Of a DNA stretch of 38,471 nt, positions 21,795 through 32,303 are shown in pieces; positions within the stretch are counted from its first letter, which is position 1, and each line of letters begins with the position of its first letter. The stretch comes from Catajapyx aquilonaris (taxonomy: Eukaryota), in NCBI GenBank assembly GCA_000934665.2, contig JYFJ02000929.1, forward strand, positions 62,001 through 100,471, read 5' to 3'. Below the pieces are notes generated by a model, which saw nothing but the letters and a program-made list of their open reading frames with translations, searched no databases and was not told where the DNA came from. A program made the position numbers and the translations under genes.

Positions 21795-22329
21795 GGTCAC
21801 CGGTCTAAGTCCTAGATCGGCTATTCTGATTATTACGAGTATATTGCTTAAACAATAATCTGGATGCCATTTTTCGTATGGTTCTACATCTTTCTGGACC
21901 ACTTCTAGACGATGCTCCGCCTCCCACGAAGGGAATAATGTCGCATGCGCGCACAACGCCCTTGCAAAGTTGCCACCCATCCGCATACTTTTGGGTCTCT
22001 TCGTGACCTTGACACTTACATTTCCAACCAATATTGTTATTTACATCAGAAAATGACAATATTTAACGTATCATTAGTTCTGTACCAAGTGTCCCTGGTC
22101 CTAAACGGTCACCGGCTAACGCTGACGTAGCCTCGCACGCCCGAGCGCATTATCGAACCTGGTCGGAGGGTAGCTCAGCCTGAAAAAAAGCCGTTTATGT
22201 CATGTTTCTATGTTCCGTCCGTACAGTGCACCATATGCGTCGCCCGTATTATCTATGTAATAATATTGATTAATTAAAAATTAATAGCCTGCGAGAGGCT
22301 TCCTTGGGCCTTTTATGGGGTCAACTTTT

Positions 22330-22497
22330 CGTTAAGAGTCTTTATTCATTCTCTGTGCTGTGATGGATTTTGATGGTGGGAGGAAACGGGTGAGCCCCGA
22401 GAAAACCCACGCGAACACGGCGATAATATAAAGTTCTAAACTATCCACGTAGCCTCTGTCCAACCCGGGGATCGAGCTCGAGACATCAGAGGTGAAA
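22330..22497 (-). mobile_element. SINE fragment (V-SINE-like central domain), duplicated with the unit
   Basis: cccgagaaaacccacgcgaacacgg and cggggatcgag (B-box-like on minus strand); fuller copy at about 24480-24690. Confidence 0.55.
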
Positions 22498-23175
22498 TCG
22501 CAGGGCCATTCAAATCAAGAAGCCTTGCTTTGACTGGCGAGTGAAATGTTTTCCTCCAGCCGATCAGTGTTTCCGCACCCGGGAACAATACGTTGTTTTT
22601 TTATTCCGCTGGGACCTCAGCAAAACCCCCAACATCTTAATATGGCTTCCCTCCCGCGATAACTTTTCCTGATCGCTCGCGCCATCTGAATCTGACGGAC
22701 ACAACATGAACGTAAGGCAGTGTTGCCTCAGTGACGCCCTACCAACTGAGTGTCTAGTCATTCAGAGCTCGTTTCCGCAACCAGGGCAATATGCAATGGC
22801 GCTCCTTGAAGCCAGTTTACCGCATCAAAGTTAGCAGCTTCTTATACACTCAAAACGGGGCTCAATTCACCCCCTCGCAGTGCCACCAGCACAGCCATTT
22901 CTCATGCCAAAGTTACCCCCATTGTAAGTTGTAACGTTTTCAGCCTTGGAATAGTGCGGAAGCCCCAACATTGTTGTCGCTTGTGACGAAATATCAAGTG
23001 TTACACGGCTAATCCAGCCACAAAGTATGACTCACCGCTGAGATCGTGCGGAACCAAGCCCAACAAGTCCAGAACGGAGGCAAAACCCTGCCTTTCTTCA
23101 CCAGGCCTACACAGCCATTAGCCCTACAGCGACACATCAACGCCTGGCGACCGAATCGGTGAACTAGCCTCCCAG

Positions 23176-23591
23176 CAGCGATGCCAACCTGACCCTTAGA
23201 AGCTACCGTACCACTATAGTCGAAATGACGGTATTTCGGCTATAATTACCGTACATTTAAAAACACGGCCTTTCGTGATTAGGAGAAAATATTAGAAACA
23301 TGTGAAAATGTCTAACAGCACAAAATGCATGTGCAAGTAACCCGCTGCACAAGGTAAAACGAGCAGGGGGGGAAGCCCATCGCAGTGGGGAATTTTTAGG
23401 GTTGAAAGTCGCACAAGCTTAGGTGAATGTAACTGACAGTAATCTTCCTACACTGTAAGCACGTCGGATATTAGTTTATTATTTTATTTTATTTTGAGTA
23501 CACAAAAATGCGATTTTACCGTACACCGTAGCCTACAAACGAGTAAATTACAGTATGCCCCCACAATTACCCGTACAGGTTGGCAACGCTG
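23176..23591. mobile_element. hAT-type non-autonomous element with 8-bp TSD inserted in unit 2
   Basis: cctcccag|CAGCGATGCCAACCTG...CAGGTTGGCAACGCTG|cctcccag; subterminal (t)taccgta repeats; absent from units 1 and 3. Confidence 0.88.
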
Positions 23592-24357
23592 CCTCCCAGT
23601 GCTCCCACCACCTCACCCGTCTCTCCACGCTCCCCAAAAATTATTCCCCGAGACGGACCGTCACGTGATCCTGGCACATCTGCCTTCCCGGTATGCGGGT
23701 CCGTGGTACGGTACAACCTGTACCTTCTTTAAATACGGTTGCTCTCACGACGTACATTGTCTGCATACACTACCTATTTGCTATTTCGGCGTAAAAATAA
23801 AAATCGATTTGAACCCAACCCGATGGGATGTAGCGCGCATGCGCAGGTGTCCGGTCTGAGGCATATCGCCTATTACGATTATTATAAGTACACTGTACTG
23901 CGTATATTGCTTAAACAATCCTCTGGACGCATTTTTAGGGCTCGAGCATCTTCCTGGTCAACTTCTGGATGAGGCTCCGTCTCCCGCGCAGGGACTAATG
24001 TCACCCAGGTTAGCCGATATTACTGCATGCGCGCGCACCGCCCTTGCAAAGTTGCGACTCGTTCGCAAGTTTTTGGGTCCCCTCGTGACCTTGACAGCTG
24101 CTGTTTTCAACCCATATTAATTGTTCAAATCGGAAAATAACAATTTTTGACAGTGTCATTCGTTCTGTACCAACTCTCCTTGCTTCCAGAACAGCCACTC
24201 GCTAACTGGTCAACGTAGCCTCGCACGCCTGAGCGCATTATCGAGCCCTGTCGGAGGGTAGCTCAGGCTGAAAGTAAACCATTTATGTCGTGTGGATATT
24301 TTCTGCCCGTAAATTGCACCGTAGGTGTGATATTTTTTTAAAGTAACCCTTATTATC

Positions 24358-24409
<52 letters not shown>
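24358..24409. repeat. (TAA)n microsatellite
   Basis: About 17 TAA units; the paralogous site near 22258 has only about 2. Confidence 0.9.
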
Positions 24410-24410
<1 letters not shown>

Positions 24411-24479
24411 CAATAATAATATTAATTAATTAATGGATAGCCCTCTTTGGGCCTTTCATCGGATCATCTTTCCATGAAG

Positions 24480-24690
24480 AGTCTTTAATATTGCCTGTGC
24501 TCTGATGGATTTTGATTGTAGGTGAGAACGAGAGAGTCCCGAGAAAACCCACGCGAACATGGAGAGAACCCATCGAAAACTATGTCCACGTAAGTAGCCT
24601 CTGTCCGATCCGGGGATCGAGTTCGGGACCTCAGAGGTGAAACGCTGTCCTCATACACGTCTACACTAGTACGCTACGGGGACGGAATAA
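24480..24690 (-). mobile_element. SINE with degenerate tRNA head (same family as 22330-22497)
   Basis: Minus strand gtccccgtagcgtactagtg...gaggtcccgaactcgatccccgg followed by gttcgcgtgggttttctcggg. Confidence 0.55.
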
Positions 24691-24821
24691 GCGAAACCAG
24701 CCCAAGTGCTGCACTTTGCTTTACCCCATCCGCCTGGACCAAATGCATAGCCTACGGATTTTTTTTGTTAGCCGGGCTTTTATTTCTCGGAGCACTGTCC
24801 GCAGTGCAAATCATGCGACTA

Positions 24822-24968
24822 ACGTACGGAAAATGAGAGAACGATCTGACGTCATCCAGGTGTCCACGGAAATACCCTCACAGAACAATAGGAGTAAACA
24901 GTGTCAACAAAATAAGGCAACAATGGAAGAAGCGATGACGGCAGATCGTTCTCTCGTTTTCTGTACAT
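24822..24968. mobile_element. MITE of about 140 bp, copy 2 of 3
   Basis: TA|acgtacggaaaatgagagaacgatctgacgtcatc...gatcgttctctcgttttctgtacat|TA; empty site in unit 1 (about 20813). Confidence 0.82.
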
Positions 24969-26130
24969 TACGTTGGTTATATCGTGATCCCTACGTTATG
25001 TACGTACGTTCCAACGACATCAGGTCCCGTCTCACGACACACGCTCCCCTTCCCAAAGTCCAAAACTGCAGCAAAACCCTGAGGACCTGAGCAAAACCAC
25101 ACAAATATTTTGATATGGCTTCCCTCCTGAGAGCGCTCCCGCCATCTGCTGGGGGGAACACCCCGAGTACAGTGTTGCCTCTGTTGCGCCCCAAGGCTGT
25201 GCGCCCTACCAAGAGCGCAAGAGTCTATCCCTGGAATTCAGTGCTCGTTCCCGCAAGGGCCGCAACCAGGGCTGTATACAATGGCCCTCCTTGAATTCAG
25301 TAGGCGTACTGTGCTGGGTATTAATTGTGTCACACTGGTTGTGCCACGATCCGATGGAGGCCATCAGTTTCCTTTTTTTGCCGCTATCGACTCGTAGCGC
25401 CACCAGTGCGCCACCATTAATGTCCAGCATTGTACAATCAATATGAGAGTAAAATCAGCTAGAAATATACACTCAAACCTGGTCTCAATTCACCCCATGT
25501 CACCGCCAGTGCCCAGCGCCACCAGAGGCATTATTTTCTCATGGCAAAGTTATCATTTTCGGCCTGGGAATAGTGCTGTTGTCGCTTGTGACCACAAATC
25601 TTTAACTCACCGAGATGGACCGGCCAGCAGGAAGAACCACAAAGCGAAACGCGGCCGAAACCCTGCCTTTCTTCGCCAGGCCTACGGCTACACACTGTAC
25701 ACAACGCGTCACCACCTGGCGGTCGAACCAGTGAACACTGGCGACTGGTCCCGATCGGCCCAGCCCAGCCGCCCTCCCTCCTGCCCACTCCCCAAAAATT
25801 ATACCCACTGCGTGTCCGTCATACGATCATTATTTAAATACGATTGCTGCGGACGAATCAATCGGACGAAGCACATTATCTACAGACACTACATATTCCG
25901 ACGTAAAAATAAAAATCGATTTGAACCTTGAACCCATGGCGAGTGTGCGCGAGATGAGTGGGTCATGAATCCGCTCCTATGTCTTGTGCGCCGCAGGCCC
26001 AACGAACGTTACTGTGGCTATGCCAAGATAGGCAAACCCACACAGCAACTGTGTGGGTATTCAAATTTACTGCCTTCTATCTAACTGTAAGGTATAGGGC
26101 CAGAAGGGCCTAGTGATCGATTCCTGCTCA

Positions 26131-26292
26131 GGAGCCATGTAATCATCAAGGTCACTCGCAATCGACAAAGTCGATTGACGTCAAAATGACGTCGCCAATT
26201 CTCCTCCCCCTGCCCTGGTCGGCATTGGCGACGTCATTTTGACGTCAATCGACTTTGTCGATTGCGAGTGACCTTGATGAGTATATGGCTCC
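26131..26292. repeat. 162-bp near-perfect hairpin (MITE-like) upstream of the Myb/SANT gene
   Basis: ggagccat...tcatcaaggtcactcgcaatcgacaaagtcgattgacgtcaaaatgacgtcgccaat mirrored almost exactly; loop of about 22 nt. Confidence 0.85.
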
Positions 26293-26491
26293 AAGACTGT
26301 TGAGGTCTTGAGCGAGGATCGCGCCTCGCTCTCGAGTGGTGATCTCGGTAGTGGGGCCCCCGAATGAGCATGACGTGATCGCGCAGATGGCCACTAGCGC
26401 CACGAGACGGCAGCCAGCCAAATTAGAGCCTGTCTCATCAGCTGATCAGTGTCTCCTTGGCTAGCGAAGTGTGAGGAGGGTGCGGAGAGAG

Positions 26492-27594
26492 ATGATGGCT
26501 GGCACAACACGTTCTGGACGAGTGGGCAACTGCACACACGCCCACCTCGTAGGGATGGTGGACTTCATGGAGAGGCATCAGGAGTTGGAGAGCAACAAGC
26601 TGGGGCCAGGGATTAACTCGGCCGTACGAAACAAACTCTGGGGGAAGCTGACTTCAGAGCTGAACGCCATTGGAGGACAGCCTCGCGTTGCATCCCAGTG
26701 GAGGAGGGTAATAAGACAGTACGCTTCATGTCAAATATGTGGGCAGGCAGACTCACTGTTTTGTTGCCTTTCCAGGCATGGACGGATCTGAAAGGGCGGG
26801 TCAGGCGGAAGCTGTCTCCCCAGAACAGTACCACCGGGGCAGCAGAACCTTCCGATGAGCAGCCCGCCCTGTCACATCTGGAGGAACGGGTCTTTAGGGT
26901 TATGCAGAGTGCCCACAACTCCATGGAGTGTGCCACAGTCGCAGAGATTGGTGTTCCAAAACGTGTACCGCAACTAGAAGAAACCGCTGCTGAGGTAAGC
27001 CGCTTCAGGCCAGTGTTTGCATAGCAAATCTCAAAACATATCCATATGTTCCAGACTATTGAGGAGGAGGAGGAGGAGGAGATCAGCCTGGACAATTTAC
27101 CTTCACCTGCACTCTCAGCCTGCCCCATCACACTAGCCTCATCACCAGCTGACACCCGAGCCCCCAGTAAGCTGCAGTACTGCCTGAAAGGCTATCACGT
27201 TGATTGACAATACACAAACTTAATTACAGCTCCAACCAAACCTAGTGGGAAGCAGGATTGGGACGACCCGCTGATAGAGTGGTTAGAACAGTACTTGGAG
27301 GAGAAGAGGGAGGAGCGGAATGAGTATGTGGAGTGGCAGCGGGATTACAAGGAGAGGAAGCTGATGCTGCAGGAGGCCAGGGAAGCTCGGCTGCAGGAGC
27401 AGCTGGCCCTTGAGCAGGCTAAGGAGGCACGTCTGCAGGAAGAGTTTAACCTGGAGAAGGCTAAGGAGGCACGCCTGCAGGAGGACCAGCGTCTGCGCCA
27501 GCAGGAGGTTGAGATGCACACAAAGCAGAGTGCTGCGACGCTGGCCCTCTTGCAGGCCATGCTGAGCAATCAAACCCCCAGCACTCAGACGTAA
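26492..27594 (+). CDS. Myb/SANT-like (trihelix; Harbinger ORF2 / MSANTD-type) DNA-binding protein with C-terminal coiled coil, 4 exons, about 303 aa
   Basis: Exons 26492-26707, 26776-26994, 27055-27166, 27230-27594 with GT-AG introns of 68, 60 and 63 nt, all in phase. RNKLWGKLTSELNAIGGQPRVASQWRR|AWTDLKGRVRRK is the trihelix signature; TGAAE...LSHLEERV, an acidic stretch and an E/R/Q-rich coiled coil are typical of this family. Confidence 0.88.
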
Positions 27595-27734
27595 AGTGCG
27601 GAAAACCAAACGACGATCTGATGTCATCGTTTCTTACATCATTGCTTTTTGTTGCTACTGTTTACTCATTGTTCTGTGAAGGTATTTCATGGACACCTTG
27701 ATGACGTCAGATTGTCGTTTCGTTTTCTGCACTG
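27594..27734. mobile_element. MITE of about 140 bp, copy 3 of 3 (reverse orientation), inserted in the stop codon of the Myb/SANT gene
   Basis: TA|aagtgcggaaaac...cgatctgatgtcatcg...gatgacgtcagattg...gttttctgcactg|TA. Confidence 0.72.
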
Positions 27735-28000
27735 TAGCTTAATTTATTTGGAGGCAGTGGTGAACAACTGTATTTAAATTTTTCATATTTTATTTCATTC
27801 CTTATCCTATGATTAAATGAATCGCCCACACACAATAGAAGAAGTGCCCAAGTGTAATGTTAGTGGTGTTTGGCTGGTTTAAAGATGTGCAAAGTACAGT
27901 GCTGAAATTTTTGGTAAATGTAAGAAGTTTATCAAGGGCAAAAGCGGGACTCAAATGACAGAATGTTAGGTGACTAACTGTAGTAATTCATTTTGAAGTA

Positions 28001-28179
28001 CAGGAAGTATCCATTTTATGCTGCTTCATTTTCCAGCGTTTCACATTAACTGTCTGTGGAAAATTTTTGGAACCTATACCTCATTCACTTGCATTACAAT
28101 TTAGTCTCGTTTTACGGAGTTCCACTTCATGCCAATATGTTGCTGGAACCAATTAACAGTGTAAAACGGGTACTTCCTG
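28001..28179. mobile_element. Short TA-flanked MITE
   Basis: TA|caggaagtatccattttatgctg...cagtgtaaaacgggtacttcctg|TA. Confidence 0.65.
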
Positions 28180-28181
28180 TA

Positions 28182-28513
28182 CAGTGCTGGACAAATTAGC
28201 CGTCGCTGAATGGTTTTTTTTCCGTCGGCGACGGTGCTGCGTTACCTGGCAACCCTGTCCGGCGGGCCAATTCAAACATCAGCCCATGGAGACCGCTTCC
28301 ATTGTTGCCACTGTTTACAAATCGAGTGAGTGAGTGCGCAGGCAGAAGAGACCCGTCGCTGGGTCGTCTGCGTCACTCACTCGATTTGTAAACAGGGCAA
28401 CAATGGAAGCGCTCTCCATGGGCTGATGTTTGAATTTGCCCGCCGGACAGGGTTGCCCGGTAACGCAGCCGCCGGAAAAAAACATTCAGCGACGGCTAAT
28501 ATGTCCAGCACTG
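28182..28513. mobile_element. Tc1/mariner-type foldback MITE, 332 bp
   Basis: TA|CAGTGCTGGACA...TGTCCAGCACTG|TA; almost fully palindromic. Confidence 0.88.
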
Positions 28514-29066
28514 TACAACCAGCTGAAAAGATGTGTGACTGTAGTTATTAATTTTACAGAACTTTGTTTTTCTCAGAATCAGTAAGTTTTGTGACTGCCA
28601 AGGTTGAACTGTCATTACAAATGCTCACATTAATCGTTACACTCATGTTCAGAATTTTATTTTTGTACAAAGCAAGAGATGTAACTGAAGAAATACAGGC
28701 AATCAGTTTACGTATATTATGCCAACTTGTTTGTCATTCATTGTAGATACTGCAATGAATGACATGAATGTATCCCTTATTGCCCATTTTACATTATTTT
28801 GACCATTCCTCTCTTGACCCGCAGTAGTTCTGAGATCCTCAGAATTCAAACCTTGTGAACTCTGTGGCAATGTGGCATATGTGATAAGGGTGTCCATGAG
28901 TCAGCTCAAGAATGAAGTGGCTTTCTTCTCTTTGGGAAAAAGGCGAGTGAAGGTCAGTACTGTATTGATTTATGTTATGTAGCTTATTACATTAATGCAT
29001 TAAATATACTTGAACTTTCGGATAATGTGAATGTGTTGGGGAGAGAAAACTACTCCAAATGACTAT

Positions 29067-29845
29067 GGGTCATTCCATGTCAGCGGGACCCCCTTTGTAC
29101 CCTTGATGTGGCGGATTTGAATGATATTCGCAGGTTATGGTGACCTAGCGCTGCTAAAACATTGTACCAAAGCGTTTTGAAATATTTTGATTTTTACCCG
29201 CTTTTTGGGGGGTGGTAATTTTGAGCCTTTTCTTTGAGAGCCATTTTTCTTTTGGCTGTTTCTCCGCAACTAATCGTGAGAGAGATGTGCTTTTGATATC
29301 AATTTACTCAGAAAGGTTGATATAATCGTATTCTATGGTTGGGTGTACCCATCATAATGACGACATATGTGGAGGGGGTCTCACTCAAGAGGCCCAATCT
29401 TCCTTAGTATTATACTAGCCAACAGGACTGATATGGCCACATGTAGTACACATGTAGGGCTACAACATACGTGAAAACCAGCGAAAAATAAAGTGCAATA
29501 ATTTTAAAAATTAAATGTTTAAAATTTGCAATCTCAATCTTTTTAACGCACAAATTTAAGATTTTACAATTAACCATAGAATACGATTATATCAACATTT
29601 CTGAGTAAATTGATATCAAAAGCACATCTGTCTCACGATTAGTTGCGGAGAAACAGCCAAAAGAAAAATGGCTCTCAAAGAAACGGCTCAAAATTACCAC
29701 CCCCCAAAAAACGGGTAAAAATGAAAATATTTCAAAACGCTTTGGTACAATGTTTTAGCAGCGCTAGGTCACCATAACCTCTGAATATCATTCAAATCCG
29801 CCACATCAAGGGTACAAAGGGGGTCCCGCTGACATGGAATGACCC
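29067..29845. mobile_element. Sola2-like non-autonomous foldback element, 779 bp, 4-bp TSD
   Basis: ctat|GGGTCATTCCATGTCAGCGGGACCCCC...GGGGGTCCCGCTGACATGGAATGACCC|ctat; near-identical arms of about 270 bp, so probably young. Confidence 0.88.
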
Positions 29846-30043
29846 CTATTCATATGCCGTATGTCTATTTTATTGTCATTTAGCTCGCATCTGTAGAGGT
29901 GATAAATTCACTGTACGTTAAGTTTAGCGGGGAATCAGGCATATTATTGAAAAGGCCATTAAATGATATTTTCTAAGGTAAATGTAGTTAGCTGTTATGT
30001 AGGCTACTGTACATGGAAGAGATATTGGAAATAAGGGTCTGTG

Positions 30044-30385
30044 TGGGGAGACGGAGTGGCGCCGCGGTAACGCGTGCGCTCACGGAAGTTAAGGTCCCGG
30101 GTTCAATCCCCACCCGGGGTTCCCACCTTCTTTCGTGCAGAGTTGGGCCATCTCTGGCTTCGTTTCGGGTGGCAATTTCCGATAGACTAAGCCACCCGGG
30201 GGAGTTCACAAAATGACGATTAGAGACATTGCACTTGCACTTTGCACATCCCCTCCCACCCACCCTTGGAGTACACTAATTAAGATCTTCTTAAACTCGC
30301 TCCAAAAATCAAATTCCAATGGTGGTAACCCACCCCCCCTAAGGAGTAGCATAACTCCCCCCGTGGGGTAAAAAAAAAAAAAAAA
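30044..30385 (+). mobile_element. tRNA-derived SINE with poly(A) tail and 11-bp TSD
   Basis: A-box-like AGTGGCGCCGCGG, B-box-like GGTTCAATCCC, A16 tail; TSD aagggtctgtg at 30033-30043 and 30384-30394. Confidence 0.85.
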
Positions 30386-30551
30386 GGGTCTGTGAACACA
30401 CACGTGGTTGTGAAATAATATCAATTCACCCGATGCACATTCGCATGATGGCAGTTCACCAGATGGAGGGTATCATGAGCATTAGGGGACATACCAGCTC
30501 TAAAATGTTTGGTTTTTTTCCTCTCTCTTTCACTGTCAGTAGTTTTGTTAG

Positions 30552-31463
30552 GGTCTGTACCGATCTGGCGATGTTTTACCACGAACATGAAGGCCTTCCA
30601 GAGGGCCCAGAACATACCTTAGTATGTGATGTGGTTCGTCCTGTGGCCAATGAGGTCCACGCTCAGGAAGATGTTGCACCACAGGGGTCTCACCCAACAC
30701 TCAAAAGAAGATCAGCAGAAAATGATGATGGCAGATCTGCAGGCTCTCTCGGACTCATTGTGTGAGATTCAATTCCATGACCATGAACGAGAGCGTAAGC
30801 TATGAGATTGTTCCACCTGGTTGCAGCAAACATATTGATGTAAGGATGATGACAGTGCCATTGTTCATGTCAGCTGCGATTATTATCCATGCTGTAAGAA
30901 TGAAGTTACATTTGTAACGACTTTGTAGATATTTTTTAAATTGGATGTTTTGCACGGAATGTATTGCATTCCTTGAGGCGAAGTCTATTGGATGTAAACA
31001 AAACAGCCATAATTCATCGGATGCATCGATACGTCTGTGAAATATCGTGAAGTTTGTTTGCATCACTTGGGGAGGGAAGAGCAAGGCTGGACAGTGGAGG
31101 CTAGGTCATCTCCCTGACATTAATTACAGCTAAGACACTCTCTGTGCATTGTACAGTGTCATGCTATGTGACATGTGATGAGTCCAGATGGATTGCGCTG
31201 TACATACTAGTGCATGTGACAATGACATGTTACGTGTCATGCTTTGTAGTTGCAGGAAGCAAGGCTTACTTCCTGGGGGAGAAGGCAACTGGGAGTACGA
31301 CTGCAGCTTGTTTGGAGTCCTGGCTCAGGTTGTGTGGGGGCTGCACGACGCACCATACGAAAAGGCCATCCAAGGGCTGCCCCACCTGAGGGACTACTGC
31401 TTCCGGATGAAGGAAGCCTTCTGGCCAGATTGGAAAAAGTGCCTTGACTCTCTCGTACAATAA
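30552..31463 (+). pseudogene. fax: failed axon connections (Fax/FAXC, metaxin/GST-like) pseudogene, last two exons
   Basis: Exon 30552-30761 reads IWRCF...IP*YVMWF...HRGLTQHSKEDQQKMMMADLQALSDSL. Exon 31256-31463 reads SKAYFLGEKAT/fs/EYDCSLFGVLAQVVWG...LRDYCFRMKEAFWPDWKKCL. Lesions: TAG at 30620-30622, junction codon T|GA, frameshift at about 31291. Confidence 0.85.
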
Positions 31464-31777
31464 TGTCACATAGCCACACACACATTCAGGGTGCGACAAC
31501 AATGAGGAAGAAACGATGCTTACAGTTAGCAGAAAAAATCAGAAGAAGATGAATAATAATAATAGAGTACAAGTCTGATGCAATAGTATAGCAATGGTAC
31601 CGGTACATTACTTTTGGCTTATGGTGTCTAAAATGAGGGGGGAAAAATACAGTACATGGGATATGAATAGTTCAGATCTGAAAATAAAAGGATGCTAATA
31701 TTAAGCCTGATTAAAATATGTAAACGTGGAATAATTGAATTAAAATGCAAAAAAGTGGCACCTTGCCTATACAGCTG

Positions 31778-32303
31778 TGACCTTTGACATTTCTCCTGTT
31801 TTGGATAACACTTTTTTTTTTGTGAAAAATATACACTAGTGCACCAACTCATCATATAGTTTCAGTAAAAATTAAAATCGTTAAGAAAATGTTGGTTTCC
31901 ATAAAAAAATGTCAAACTTTCTGTGCGCATGATGACGTCACATTAGGTGGCACAATTCCGAAGAAAAGTTTGTTTTCAATAAGTCTCATTTGCGCATATG
32001 ACGTCATAGGGTAATGACATGTTGTGTATATCTTCATGGGCGTTAGTATATTCTTGAAAATATATATTGAAGCTTTAGATGGTGCGTTTTGTTTATATGT
32101 TGTAAAAATATACGGAATGTCAGACTGCATCATTTGGTTAACTCGATATGAAAAGTGCAGCTTTTCGTGACGTCATCATGCGCAGGAAAAGTTTGGGAAT
32201 TTTTATCTGAAAAGCTATATGATGAGTTGGTGCAGTAGTGTATATTTTTTCAAAAAAAAAAGAAAAAAAAGTGTATCCATAACAAGAGATATGTCAAAGG
32301 TCA
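31778..32303. repeat. Degenerate foldback element
   Basis: tgacctttgacat...aaaatatacacta-tgcaccaactcatcatatag mirrored at about 32215-32303; tgcgcatgatgacgtcac mirrored; outer termini not defined. Confidence 0.7.

Larger units (their letters stand above)
20765..25930. repeat. Diverged tandem triplication of a CpG-rich non-coding unit (about 20765-22497, 22610-24642, 24780-25930)
   Basis: Shared ordered anchors: atatggcttccctcc; cagtgttgcctc; ccgcaaccagggc; atacactcaaa; ttgtc-cttg-ga; actcaccg; aaaccctgcct-tcttc-ccaggcctac; tttaaatacg-ttg; cgtaaaaataaaaatcgatttgaacc. Confidence 0.9.

Noticed and set aside
21588..22031. 147-aa minus-strand ORF and other ORFs in the triplicated region
   Set aside because: Frames are not preserved between the paralogous units (frequent indels) and no domain is recognisable
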